A stretch of 64,000 bases of DNA from NCBI GenBank assembly GCA_965198115.1, contig OZ240241.1:2432001-2496000 (forward strand). Reading direction: 5' to 3'. The notes under the pieces are model-generated. The model had not been told where the DNA came from. It searched no databases and saw nothing but the letters and a program-made list of their open reading frames with translations. The position numbers and the translations under genes were made by a program. Of the stretch, positions 1 through 9,696 are shown piece after piece. The stretch comes from Candidatus Latescibacterota bacterium (GTDB lineage: Bacteria > Latescibacterota > UBA2968). Every line of letters begins with the position of its first letter. Positions within the stretch are counted from its first letter, which is position 1.

Positions 1-454
1 ACACGTGGACAGCACGCTCGTTGTCGGCGAAAACGCCGAGCTTGATGCGGTCGACGTCGCGCTGTCGCGCCTCGTCGATCATCCGACGCATCAAGACGGT
101 ACCCAGGCCAACACCGTGGTAGTCGTCGACGACGCCGATGCCCAACATCGGGATGTCTCCCCCGCCGATGCCCTGGATCCAGCTGTAGCCGACGATGCGC
201 TCGCCGGGGGGCGTCCCATCGAGGAGGACGAGGCAACAGCAGTCGTCCGCCGCGGCTCTGGTCGCGAGCTGGCCCGCGTGCTCGCGCGTGCAGCGATCCG
301 GCCTGCTCCATCCGTGCATGAAGTCGCGACTCTGTGCCGACAACCCCTCGAAGAAAGTCAGGAAGAGCTCGACGTCCGATGGCTGGGCGTGGCGGATGCG
401 CACGACCCTCCCATCACGTAGCGGGAATTCCTCGGTCGTGGTTTCGTGAATCAT
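1..454 (-). CDS. GNAT family acetyltransferase (runs off window start)
   Basis: Manual translation from ATG at 454: MIHETTTEEFPLRDGRVVRIRHAQPSD...ERIVGYSWI...MLGIGVVDDYHGVGLGTVLMRRMIDEARQRDVDRIKLGVFADNERAVHV, with GNAT motif A/B. Absent from the ORF track because there is no stop in the window. Confidence 0.85.
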   Translation of the reverse strand, partial: MIHETTTEEFPLRDGRVVRIRHAQPSDVELFLTFFEGLSAQSRDFMHGWSRPDRCTREHAGQLATRAAADDCCCLVLLDGTPPGERIVGYSWIQGIGGGDIPMLGIGVVDDYHGVGLGTVLMRRMIDEARQRDVDRIKLGVFADNERAVHV

Positions 455-523
455 ATTTTCTCTTTGGTTCTTCGCGTGGAATGAGGGATACGGTTACGCC
501 AACCTTTGTGCCTATCTATCCTA

Positions 524-675
524 TTCTTCTCTTTTGTGACCAAAAGAGAAGCAGAAAAGTCCCGCTCAGGCGCCGCGGAGGCTGGTGGCCCACGCCGGCA
601 GTACGATCCAGGTGCGTGACGGCTTAGGTGACAACCCGAAGTCCGGATGTGATACGGCAGCGTTGCTCGTTGCCG
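524..675 (-). repeat. Long dispersed repeat (L) copy 1, truncated
   Basis: Shares TTCTCTTTTGTGACCAAAAGAGAAGCAGAAAAGTCCC...GTGGCCCACGC...CAGTACGATCC...CGTTGCTCG with 10970 and 22729. The right boundary is approximate. Confidence 0.85.
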
Positions 676-1414
676 ACACCGCCCGTAGCTCCATGTCGAG
701 TATCGAGCAGTGCGTGAGCCACATGCCGTCCCACGTTTCGGAGTGCTCAATGGCGGTCGTGCAGTCGCGCAGCAGGACGATGTTGTAGCCCCGGTCGAGC
801 ATGGCCCAAACACCGTAATCCCTCCGCTGGACGCAGATATTCGCCGCGAACCCTGCGTAAAACAGGTGCAGGATCCCGCGATGCCGGCACAGTCGGTGAA
901 GCTGCTCGCCCGTCGCGACGACGTGGTCTTCCGGTTCTGGACCCAGGAACGCCATGATCTTGCGTGGTGCGTGCACAGCATCCTTCATCCACTGCTCGCG
1001 TCGAGGCTCGGGAGGACGGGCGAGGGAGGCGTAGGTACCGTTCCGCCGGCGCAGATCTTCGGGCGGCCAATCGGGCCCCGAGGCGGTCGAGCCGAACAGA
1101 GCTACTTCGTCTGCATACCGGGTCCACTGGGGATATAGCTTCGCCTGTTGCGGCGAAGGGGCGTGGACCACAGCGATACCTGCCCTTCTGCAAGCCTGAA
1201 CCACCGGCAGGATCTTCTCACGGCCGATTTGCCCGCCTCGCTCGAGGTGCGTCTCCACGGGATGCTGGTCCCAGCAGTCCACAAACACCAGGCCGCACGT
1301 CTCGCTGCTGAGCGTCCAGTCCATCTGTCCGTGGCCGAAATGCTCTTCGTGGCACGGAATCTCGGAATCGGACAGCTCGCGGCTGAAACGAACGCTCAGA
1401 TTGAACTCGGGCAT
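566..1414 (-). CDS. Isochorismatase/cysteine hydrolase family protein; C-terminus read from repeat L
   Basis: VFVDCW, VVHAP, LFYAGFAANICV and VLLRDCT motifs. Confidence 0.8.
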   Translation of the reverse strand: MPEFNLSVRFSRELSDSEIPCHEEHFGHGQMDWTLSSETCGLVFVDCWDQHPVETHLERGGQIGREKILPVVQACRRAGIAVVHAPSPQQAKLYPQWTRYADEVALFGSTASGPDWPPEDLRRRNGTYASLARPPEPRREQWMKDAVHAPRKIMAFLGPEPEDHVVATGEQLHRLCRHRGILHLFYAGFAANICVQRRDYGVWAMLDRGYNIVLLRDCTTAIEHSETWDGMWLTHCSILDMELRAVSATSNAAVSHPDFGLSPKPSRTWIVLPAWATSLRGA

Positions 1415-1566
1415 CGGTAACCTTCCGGGCGTAAGATCGGAAACCAGGGAGCACGACCGTCACGAACGGCATAGGTGAATCATCCATTCGTCAGTCAGGG
1501 CCGCGCGCCACCCGTGGAGAAATCTCAACAACGAATCATCTGACTCGGTTCAAGACCGTTTCCTAG

Positions 1567-2345
1567 CCTGAATCATGCATGAATTTGAGTTTAGGTTGTT
1601 TTGGAGTGATGTGATCACGCACAGGATTTGTTCTCGGCTTCTTCGGATGTCCAAGGTCCCGTAAGCGGTCTCTACGAGTCGCAAGAGTCACGATTTTCGT
1701 CCGGAACAGGTGTTGTTTTGCGACGTGTACATAGCTGTCCCCGGTATAGATCGGCGTTGTTACTGCGTGTTCGTTTCGAGCCTGGTGATGATTGACACCA
1801 AGACGTTTTTGAGTGGATACGATGTTGGAAAATGGAATCGGATTCTTCGTGCGCTTTCAATGACTCTCGCGCCGATTTTGAGGAAACGGTTCTGTATCGT
1901 GTTGACCTGAGGTTTGGTCCACGCGGTGCCCTTGAGTCCCTGTGATCGGAGTGCGTGAAGCAAGGCGTATGCAGCACTGTGTAGAAAGAGTCGGAACTGG
2001 TTGGCTTCAAACTTGTGGCACGATGTTCGATCGGAGTGAAGGAATGTTTTGTGGTCCTTGATGAAGCCTTCCGTGCGTCCCCTTGCGCAGTAGATACGAT
2101 CATAGATAAAGCCGTCTCGATTACTCTGTAAATTGGTCACGAGGTATCTTGGATTTGCTTCGCCGTTTGTGACTTCAGCCTTGTGAATGATCCGGCGAGG
2201 CTGCCGGTAGGTGCCAGCCTGATATGAGAAGGATGAGAACAAGCGAATCGTCTCCTTATGCTCGCTCAGACGTAGCGCTTGGTCCATCAGGTTTTGTCCA
2301 GCCGCTTTGAGCTTGGAGTTGGCGCCCTGGCCCAGAACGTAGTAG
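1567..2345 (-). mobile_element. IS1380-family remnant (3' half of transposase plus right end)
   Basis: RRIIHKAE, NPRYLVTN, YCARGRTEGFIKDHK, SCHKFEANQFRL. Terminal CCTGAATCATGCAT at 1567 next to CTAG. The transposase N-terminus is missing. Confidence 0.85.
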
Positions 2346-2620
2346 ACAGTGAGGGTGTCCAGGGCGAGAGCTGGGACCGACAGCAAGAGGCTGAGGACAG
2401 AGGACAGAAGACAGAGCACGGAGGATAGCAGTAGACGGTGGACAGTAGACCCCTCGACTCCGCTCGGGGCAGGCTCTAGACGGTGATGACGGGATTGGCC
2501 CCCTATTGCTAATGACAGAGAACGGAGGCCATCACGAACAGGTACTGGATTCGTCGTGTGGCAATCTCCTACGCGCAGTGCGCTATGGAGCCCAGGGAGG
2601 ATGGTGGCATAGGTGCTCAT
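1760..2620 (-). pseudogene. Chimeric ORF: signal-peptide-like N-terminus (...PALALDTLTV) fused in frame to IS1380 transposase C-terminus
   Basis: ALDTLTV matches AVDTLTVTTPD of the fragment at ~36580. Transposase similarity begins right after, at ~2345. Confidence 0.65.
2451..2477. repeat. REP-like hairpin CCCTCGACTCCGCTCGGGGCAGGCT
   Basis: Near-identical to ~11043-11068, and related to 8579, 8661, 17921, 22771, 28544 and 34553. Confidence 0.75.
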
Positions 2621-2656
2621 CGCAACCAAGATGCGATGACGAGGAAGAGCCGGCAA
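2618..2656 (-). promoter_or_regulatory. Dispersed promoter-like element (P) copy 1
   Basis: Minus strand TTGCCG-N17-CATCTT-GGTTGCG-ATG. Confidence 0.55.
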
Positions 2657-2884
2657 GCGAAGCTGCTTCAGGGGATTAATTCAAGTCAAAATTTTCATTT
2701 CAAAATGCAAAATGGATCTGTAGAGTTTTGTGAGGATGGTTCTTCAGGGCAGACTGCAAGGTCTTGTAGCTGGCGGCGTCTATCTACATCAGGACAGCAA
2801 GTCATCCACATCGAAGCGACTGGTCTTTTGTTCGACATTCGGTGGTCGGAAATCGATATTCGATACTGACAAGGAGGAATGCGC

Positions 2885-3715
2885 ATGCGTATCGATTCCC
2901 ACGTCCACGTGTGGACGCTCGGTGAGCCGCCGTGGACCCACAACGACGACAAGACCTCCCAGCGACCGGACTATCCGGGCCTGGTCGAAGACCTCATCCG
3001 GTACATGGACCTCAACGACATTGACCGCACAGTCCTGATCCAGTGCATGTACCACGGCTTCGACAACAGCTATATGTGCGAATGCCTGCGCCGCTTTCCG
3101 GACCGCCTGCACGGCGTGGCACTGCTCGACCCGCGAAAACCGGATGCCGCCACCGAGCTAGAACGCCTGCACCGCGAACACGGCGTAGAGGGCATGCGGC
3201 TATATCCGATCTCCGATGAGGACGCCTCCTGGCTGTCGGACGAGGGGCAAATCCCGCTGTGGGAAACGGCCGAACGGCTGGGCGTGCCGTTCACGTGGTT
3301 CGGGCGATGCCACCAGATCCCGTTGTTGGCGCCGATGCTGGAGCGTTTTCCCACGGTGAACGTGATCGTCGACCACTTCGGCGAGCCGATATTGTCCGAG
3401 GGGCTGGACGGCGACTTCAAGCTCCTCCTAGCGGCAGCCCGATACGGCAATCTCTATGTCAAAGCGACCCGGATCGACGGTCTATCCGAGCAGTCCTTCC
3501 CCCACGAGGACATTCATCCCTACATCAGAGCGCTCCACCAGGCCTTCGGCCCTGAGCGTATGCTCGGCTGCACGGGCTTCCCTGAAAACCCGCAGCGCGG
3601 CGAAGCCATCGGTTTCCGAGTGATCGAAGTTTTGGATTTTCTGTCAGAGGAAGACAAGGCGTGGCTGCTGGGAGAAACGGCCGCCTCGCTTTACGCTCCA
3701 CCTTCCAACCGATGA
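2885..3715 (+). CDS. Amidohydrolase family protein (Amidohydro_2)
   Basis: IDSHVH, GMRLY, VIVDHFG motifs; AAGGAGG RBS. Confidence 0.9.
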   Translation: MRIDSHVHVWTLGEPPWTHNDDKTSQRPDYPGLVEDLIRYMDLNDIDRTVLIQCMYHGFDNSYMCECLRRFPDRLHGVALLDPRKPDAATELERLHREHGVEGMRLYPISDEDASWLSDEGQIPLWETAERLGVPFTWFGRCHQIPLLAPMLERFPTVNVIVDHFGEPILSEGLDGDFKLLLAAARYGNLYVKATRIDGLSEQSFPHEDIHPYIRALHQAFGPERMLGCTGFPENPQRGEAIGFRVIEVLDFLSEEDKAWLLGETAASLYAPPSNR

Positions 3716-3787
3716 ATATCCATCCTGCCGACGACATTGCGGTGATATCTCTCACTCCGTGGCCACAGGCCTTGTTTGCACGGAGCG

Positions 3788-3818
3788 ATGTGACTACATT
3801 TAGCCCAATGTGACCACA
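3788..3818. promoter_or_regulatory. Putative toxin-antitoxin operator
   Basis: ATGTGACTACA and ATGTGACCACA repeated 20 bp apart just upstream of the antitoxin RBS. Confidence 0.55.
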
Positions 3819-3832
3819 AGGAGACTTCGCTT

Positions 3833-4099
3833 ATGGACATCTCTATCCGCGAATTGAAAAGCGGTCTATCGAGATACCTACGGGAAGTGCAGAAAGGTGT
3901 AGTCATACGCGTGACGTCCAGGGGGAAGCCGGTGGCTCGTCTGGTGCCAATTCAACCGCCTACGTCGAGCGTGGAAATAAAGGACATCCCTGGGGTTGAC
4001 CCGGGTTCAGGTGGCAAACCAGCGGGAGCCGATTGTCCGGTTCGCGTTCTCAAGGGGCAGAAGACGTTATCGGATATCGTGATGGAAGACCGACGGTGA
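3833..4099 (+). CDS. Phd/YefM family antitoxin
   Basis: MDISIRELKSGLSRYLREV...VTSRGKPVARLVP. Confidence 0.9.
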   Translation: MDISIRELKSGLSRYLREVQKGVVIRVTSRGKPVARLVPIQPPTSSVEIKDIPGVDPGSGGKPAGADCPVRVLKGQKTLSDIVMEDRR

Positions 4100-4518
4100 T
4101 CCTATTCCTCGACACTTCCGCGCTTGTTAAACTTTATGTCGACGAATCCGATTCCCGGAATGTCCGCGACTGGGTCGATGAAGCCGATGCGATCGCCTGT
4201 CAATGGCTGGCTTACGTAGAGGCTCGATCGGCGTTCGCAACCAAGCGTCGTCTCAGTGAGCTGTCGGACACTGAACTCGCTACGTGTAAACAGGCCTTCG
4301 AGGCGGACTGGGCGAGGTGTCACAAGGTCACCGTGACGGAGGCTTTACTGCGTCGAGCCGGCGCGATCAGTGAGCGACTCGGCCTCCGTGCCTATGACAG
4401 CGTGCATCTTGCGGGGGCCGATTACCTCCAGACTGCCCTTGGATCCCCAATCACATTCGGATCGTTCGACAGGCAACAGGTCGAAGCAGCCACTCAACTG
4501 GGACTGGCTATCGCTTGA
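4096..4518 (+). CDS. vapC: VapC PIN-domain toxin
   Basis: LFLDTSALVKLY, LRAYDSVHLA, SFD motifs; GTGA overlap with the antitoxin. Confidence 0.9.
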   Translation: MILFLDTSALVKLYVDESDSRNVRDWVDEADAIACQWLAYVEARSAFATKRRLSELSDTELATCKQAFEADWARCHKVTVTEALLRRAGAISERLGLRAYDSVHLAGADYLQTALGSPITFGSFDRQQVEAATQLGLAIA

Positions 4519-4520
4519 AC

Positions 4521-5054
4521 TCAGAGCAAGGATATCTGTGTGTCCTCACCCCCGCTCGTGGCTTCTCCTTGTGAATCTCCGGATGGGTCATAGGCCAGGA
4601 TTTCACAGAGACGATCCACAAAGCCGACCTGACCCTTGTGGAGTTTCTCTTTGGATGTCGCGACAGAGAACCACCCGGCCCTGTCGACTTCGGGAAACTC
4701 TGACTGCTTGCCGGATCGAGGGGGCCATTCCATCGAGAAGGTATTGCTTCGAATCGACTCCGGATCACAGTCGCCCTCTACCGCCCACGCCGTGATCCGT
4801 TTGCCGCCAGGCTGGGTCAATTCCCCGAGTTCCTTGAAATCACCTGTGATGGCTTCGTCAAATCCGGTTTCTTCCTGGAACTCACGTTGAGCGGCCTCGA
4901 ACGGATCTTCACCGTCCTCGTATTCACCTTTGGGGATGGACCAGGAAGCCTTGTCCTTGTTCTTCCAGAAGGGTCCTCCAGCGTGAACCAGTAAGACTTC
5001 CAGCCCGTCGTGTCGGAAGCGATACACGAGGATGCCCGCACTCTTTCTTGCCAT
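4521..5054 (-). CDS. NUDIX hydrolase
   Basis: WSIPKGEY...AAQREFQEETG Nudix box. Confidence 0.9.
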   Translation of the reverse strand: MARKSAGILVYRFRHDGLEVLLVHAGGPFWKNKDKASWSIPKGEYEDGEDPFEAAQREFQEETGFDEAITGDFKELGELTQPGGKRITAWAVEGDCDPESIRSNTFSMEWPPRSGKQSEFPEVDRAGWFSVATSKEKLHKGQVGFVDRLCEILAYDPSGDSQGEATSGGEDTQISLL

Positions 5055-5136
5055 AGCCTCTCCGATTTCTCTGTGCCACTAGTGCCAGGTCATCTTCGCG
5101 CCTTGAGATCCTGATGCGCTCGCTTGGCCTGATCGA

Positions 5137-5166
5137 TCTTCCCGACTCGGAGAGTCGGTCCTACGC
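5137..5166. repeat. GTAG-type REP hairpin
   Basis: 30 bp identical to 36256-36285. Minus strand reads GTAGGACCGACTCTCCGAGTCGGGA. Confidence 0.75.
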
Positions 5167-5286
5167 GAACTGGCGCGAAAAGTGCCGTCACGCCTGCTCT
5201 CTCGCTCCTCGACCGCTCACCCGCTCAGCTGTAACCGCTGTAACCGTGATCTTCGCTGCCGTCGGGCGACACGATCGAAACCCTCC

Positions 5287-7125
5287 TCAGGGCTGCCTCT
5301 CGTCGGACTGTTGTTCAAACCACCAGCGCCAAGCTTCGGGGCGCTCGTGCAGGAGTTCGCCGGTCATTTCTTGCAGGGCTTGGGTGGCGTGCTGGCGCAC
5401 CTGGGGGTCCTCGTCGTGCAAGACTGTTAGAAAGAACTCGAGGCTGTCCATTCGAGGTTGCAGTGAGAGCGCCAGGATCGCGGCTCGGCGGGTGGGGGTG
5501 TGCTCGTGCTCGAGGAGCTGGTGAAGGACATCCGAGTGCTCCTCGATGCCTTCGATCCCCTGAATGGCCTGGAGAGCAGCCACGCGGACCATGGCGTCCT
5601 GGTCTTCCAGGGCACCGCGCCAGATTGCTGCGTCTACTTCGCGCGAAATCGGGGCCAGGGCCCGCGCTACATTGCGGCGGACAATGACGTCGGGATCGCC
5701 GATGGCGGCGGCCAGGGCTTGGCGCGCCCAGTCGGTGGGAATGAACTTGAGGCCCTGAGAGGCGTGTTGGCGCACCTGTTCGTCTGTATGCTGCAAGAGG
5801 TCACTCAAGCGGTGGCTGGGTGCTTTGCGAGCGATCAGCGCCAGGCCAGAGGCTCCCCATCGCACGGTATCGATCTCGTCGTCGCGTGTCAGTGCCTCCA
5901 GGGCCTCCCGGGTGTAGGGTTCGCCCATTCTGGCCAGGGCTTCTGCCACGAGCCGCCGGATGTCGGCGTCGGGATCCTCTGCAAAGGGCAAGAGGACGGG
6001 GACTGCGTCGCGATAGCAAAGTGCTCCCAGGCTATGGATGGCGTCCGGCCGCGCGACCGGGTCTTGCAGGCGGTCGACTTGCTCGGAAATGTAGGCCGGG
6101 TCTTTGCACAGCCATCGGTAGTCCACCACCTCGCCGTCCAGACCGCAGGTGCGCCAACGCAGATGAGGACCGTCGATGGACACGATGCAACAATGATGCA
6201 CCGAGGTGGCAAAGGCGGTCCAATCTCCGGCATCCACGGGATAGAGCGGGGCGCCACCGCCGCCGGTCACCACGTAGATGACGCCGCTGTCGTCTTCCCG
6301 CTGATTCGCCTGCATTGGAAAGCTGCGTTCGTAGATGTGGTCGTGTCCATTGAAGATCACATCTACCTGATATTGTTCGAGGAGAGGAGCTAGGGCCTCG
6401 CGTTGCGTGACAGAAGGGCCGTGGTTCCCCGAGCTATAGGGCGGATGGTGGAACCAGACGACGCGCCACAGGGCAGACGTTTCCGCCAGGGTTCGCTCCA
6501 GCCAGGCGTACTGCTCCGTTCCGGGTCCAAACCCGCCGGAAGCGGTGTTCGTGTCCAGGGCGATGAACCGGGCGTTGCCGCAGTCAAAGGAGTACCAGGG
6601 GCCGCTGGGGAAGAAGTTGTAGAAGTGCTCGGAGTTCTGTTCGTGATTGCCGAGGACCGGGAAAAGTGGAATGTGGGCGAGCGCTTCCCCGAGCGGGGAG
6701 AAGAATTGCTCTTCCCATTGTTCGTAGACCGTTCCGCGTGAGACCAGGTCACCGGAGTGGAGGAGGAAATGAGGCTGGTGGCCGGCCATCTGACGACCGA
6801 CGCCAGCTGACTGTTCAGGGCTGGTGCGGGAGTCGCCGAATACGGCAAAGGAAAAGTTGGTAGAGTCGTTTACTGCGGTGCGAAAGGTGAAAGGGCCGGC
6901 CTGGGCATCCTGGGTCTGGATGCGGTAGCGGTAGGTGGTCTCGGGCTCCAGGGCCTGAAGCGCGACCTGGTGCAAAGTCACGGGCGCAGTCCGATCGACG
7001 TGGTGGCCGAATTCTGCAGTCAGGCCGTAATCCACCCGGGATGGGCCAGGGGCATCTGTTTCCCACAGCACGATCATTTCTTCGGAATGGTTGAATTGCA
7101 GGTAAGGGCCCTTGATGATTTTCAC
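5287..7125 (-). CDS. Purple-acid-phosphatase-type metallophosphoesterase (FN3 + calcineurin-like) with C-terminal HEAT repeats
   Basis: GDSR, GDLV, GNHE, HHPPY and GHDH motifs, followed by repeats such as DPDADIRRLVAEAL and DEDPQVRQHATQAL. Confidence 0.9.
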   Translation of the reverse strand: MKIIKGPYLQFNHSEEMIVLWETDAPGPSRVDYGLTAEFGHHVDRTAPVTLHQVALQALEPETTYRYRIQTQDAQAGPFTFRTAVNDSTNFSFAVFGDSRTSPEQSAGVGRQMAGHQPHFLLHSGDLVSRGTVYEQWEEQFFSPLGEALAHIPLFPVLGNHEQNSEHFYNFFPSGPWYSFDCGNARFIALDTNTASGGFGPGTEQYAWLERTLAETSALWRVVWFHHPPYSSGNHGPSVTQREALAPLLEQYQVDVIFNGHDHIYERSFPMQANQREDDSGVIYVVTGGGGAPLYPVDAGDWTAFATSVHHCCIVSIDGPHLRWRTCGLDGEVVDYRWLCKDPAYISEQVDRLQDPVARPDAIHSLGALCYRDAVPVLLPFAEDPDADIRRLVAEALARMGEPYTREALEALTRDDEIDTVRWGASGLALIARKAPSHRLSDLLQHTDEQVRQHASQGLKFIPTDWARQALAAAIGDPDVIVRRNVARALAPISREVDAAIWRGALEDQDAMVRVAALQAIQGIEGIEEHSDVLHQLLEHEHTPTRRAAILALSLQPRMDSLEFFLTVLHDEDPQVRQHATQALQEMTGELLHERPEAWRWWFEQQSDERQP

Positions 7126-7340
7126 CTAATTGCTCCTTTTCTGACTCCTTGTGTGGTTCTGTCCAATTTCTTGTTTGACTAATATAGTTGGGCAAGGCTC
7201 CTGGCCCGGTTTTCCTCTAGGCTCACGACGAGACATACTGGTGCGCGAATGTCATAGGCAACCACAGGAGCTTTGCGCAGTTGATCCGGCGTGGGGAACG
7301 GCGGGTCAAGCGCGCGGCTGAGAGAGAATTACGGGAACTG

Positions 7341-7375
7341 AAAAGCCCCGTCGATGTCTGAACCGACGGGGCCTT
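7341..7375 (-). terminator. Rho-independent terminator
   Basis: GCCCCGTCG...CGACGGGGC stem with T-tract on the minus strand, downstream of 7431-8369. Confidence 0.7.
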
Positions 7376-7430
7376 CGTGATTCAACCCACAGCGTGGTTG
7401 GGGGTAGAGGGTGTCAAATGATCCCGAACA

Positions 7431-8369
7431 TCACGCCGAACGGCGGAAAGGACGTTGCGAGCGACCTGTTGTCGCATCAGACGGGTTGGCCACGCTGACA
7501 GTTCCCGACGTATCGACCTCGAGCCGGCATTCTTCCGTACGTGCCGCTGAAGCCGGGCCGAACATCACGGCACGCTGTTCGGGTGTCATGCCATCGATGA
7601 TGTTTTTATCCCAGTAGGTATCGGGATCGAGGAAAAATCTGGACACGCCGGAACGCGTCGAAGTGCGGCTTGCGTATTTGAACAGGATAGCTCGGCGTTG
7701 ATGCTGGGCCTGCCAGGCGCGAGCCCCGTGAGTCTGAGCCCCGTCCATAAAGAAGATGACGTCACCGGCCCTGATGTTCGGTTTTTCCACGACGCCCATG
7801 TCGTCCTCGAAAGTGCGGACACCCGTGGGCATCGGATACTTCGACTTGTGGCTTCCCAGAACGCACGCGAATCCCCCGTCCTCGGGGCCGGAATCGCCGA
7901 GGGCATAGGTCACCGTAACGCCACCGACGTAGGTCATCCCGTTCTGATTCTTATAAGCTACGTAGGGATTGTGGGGATTCCCCGCGCCGTGGAGGTTGTG
8001 GTTCGCGGTGCCGGGGAGTCCGCCGATGAACTGAGGGCCGTGATCTAGACGGAAGCCTTTCCCGCACATCACCCGGAGGCGCGAAATGACCTGGGGGTGG
8101 GAGATCATCCTGCGATAGGGTTCGCAGTGTGGGGGTTTGAGCTGCAACAGATAGGGGAAACTGTTGCGCGTGCGGACGAGGGTGTCGCCCATCCAGCGGG
8201 GCATCGCGTTCTCGCGAAGGTAGTCGGACTCTTCGTCGGTTCCGTTCGCACATCTGTCCGCCAGATAGTCGATGGCGTCGTTGGCCGCTTTCAGTTCCTT
8301 CGGCGTGAGGACGTTGCGAACAACGAGATGGCCGTTGAGATCCCAGTAGTAGCGTTCTTTGTCAGTCAT
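7431..8369 (-). CDS. Phytanoyl-CoA dioxygenase (PhyH) family Fe/2OG enzyme with atypical HxA motif
   Basis: GHLVVRNVL, LHGAG, GGFACVLGSHK, AGDVIFF, THGA, RRAILFKY. Confidence 0.85.
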   Translation of the reverse strand: MTDKERYYWDLNGHLVVRNVLTPKELKAANDAIDYLADRCANGTDEESDYLRENAMPRWMGDTLVRTRNSFPYLLQLKPPHCEPYRRMISHPQVISRLRVMCGKGFRLDHGPQFIGGLPGTANHNLHGAGNPHNPYVAYKNQNGMTYVGGVTVTYALGDSGPEDGGFACVLGSHKSKYPMPTGVRTFEDDMGVVEKPNIRAGDVIFFMDGAQTHGARAWQAQHQRRAILFKYASRTSTRSGVSRFFLDPDTYWDKNIIDGMTPEQRAVMFGPASAARTEECRLEVDTSGTVSVANPSDATTGRSQRPFRRSA

Positions 8370-8572
8370 CAGGGTGTCCCTTCAAAGTTTAAGGCGCACC
8401 ACAATCGCGACACCAGGCAAGGTAAGGTGGGTATCCGAAAATCGAAACCTGGAACGTCGAATTCTGACGCAGTGCGCATTCCATTGTCAGTTGAACTCCG
8501 TTTTGAAGGTCAAAGGGCTGATCAGTGGCCTGTAAACATATTGCCTTGTAGAAATTACCGATACAGTGTCGC

Positions 8573-8689
8573 TTCGAGTTCCTCGACTTCGCTCGGGATA
8601 AACTCCGTTGAGAAAGCCCCTCCTCGCTTTTTTTGCATGACAAGCGGGTTCTCGACGGAGTCTATCCCGAGCCTGCCGAAGGGCTCGAA
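8573..8689. repeat. REPIN-like inverted doublet
   Basis: ~41-bp imperfect arms 8573-8614 and 8649-8689 around a short spacer. Confidence 0.75.
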
Positions 8690-8759
8690 CTGACGCCGCA
8701 ATACGTGCCGCCCAAAAACTCAGTGCCTCTTCTGTAGGTGCACCCAGTCGTCGCCCCGC

Positions 8760-9482
8760 CTAGGCCTTGCGCATTGCCCGCTGGTATTCCTTGATGCCCT
8801 CCCACGTCAGGTCGGGATCGGAGAAGATCGCGTGGTAGGCGGATTCTCGTTCTCGGATGTCCCTACCCTTTTCCAAAACCCTCGCAGGGTCGTCACCCGA
8901 CGGAATCTTCACCACCCCATCGCCGTCGGCAGCGACGACTTCGCCTGGGTGTACGAGGAGCTGATTGACGGTGATCGGCTCGTTGTGGCGCACGAGACTC
9001 AACACGCCGTGGCCGGGCGTCAGACCGGTTCCCCAAACCGGCAGACCGACGCGGTCTATGCCGGCAAGGTCCCGCACGGATCCGTCGACGATGATGCCCG
9101 TCACTCCAAGATGTCTGTGCGTAGCCGCCATCCCGTCTCCGAGGGAAGCGCCACGACCGGCCGTGGTGTCGACGTCTTTCATGATCGCCACCATCGGGCC
9201 CAGGGATTGGTCCAGAAAGTCGTAGTAATCGTCCCAAGGGATTCCCGGCCCGTCGGGGTCGTGTGTCGTCAACTCGCAGGTGACAGCGTATCCGATCGCC
9301 ATTCCTTGCTCGGGCAGCAGGCACGCCATGCCTGGTGCCATGTAGTTGATCGGTACTCCGCCCTTATCTTCGAGTTCTTTTCCGCCCTGGGTCGCCCCGC
9401 GAGCCTCGATGACGGCATTGAAAATGGTTGCGGTGTCGAGCTCTCTGAGCCCTTCGAATATTTCTGGTGATACCTGTCCCAT
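8760..9482 (-). CDS. RraA/HMG aldolase family protein
   Basis: GYAVT, GDGMA, VDGSVRDL, PGEVVAADGDGVV. Confidence 0.85.
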   Translation of the reverse strand: MGQVSPEIFEGLRELDTATIFNAVIEARGATQGGKELEDKGGVPINYMAPGMACLLPEQGMAIGYAVTCELTTHDPDGPGIPWDDYYDFLDQSLGPMVAIMKDVDTTAGRGASLGDGMAATHRHLGVTGIIVDGSVRDLAGIDRVGLPVWGTGLTPGHGVLSLVRHNEPITVNQLLVHPGEVVAADGDGVVKIPSGDDPARVLEKGRDIRERESAYHAIFSDPDLTWEGIKEYQRAMRKA

Positions 9483-9696
9483 CCTGTTGTCTCCTTTCGG
9501 CTGAGAGATTCCGATTGCTCTGTACTGCCAAGCTGAGAGATCTGTAAATCTGTTTGTTCCCTATGCATAAACGACTTGATGTCTCGATCCTACAAGGAGA
9601 TGCTACTGAACCGGTTCCGCGACCTTGCGTCGATCGTCTTCGTGTTTCAGACACGTTTTCCAAGACGGCGACGCGATCTTAATCGCTCATTCACGT

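Noticed and set aside
5-421. 138-aa plus-strand ORF
   Set aside because: Antisense shadow of the minus-strand GNAT gene.
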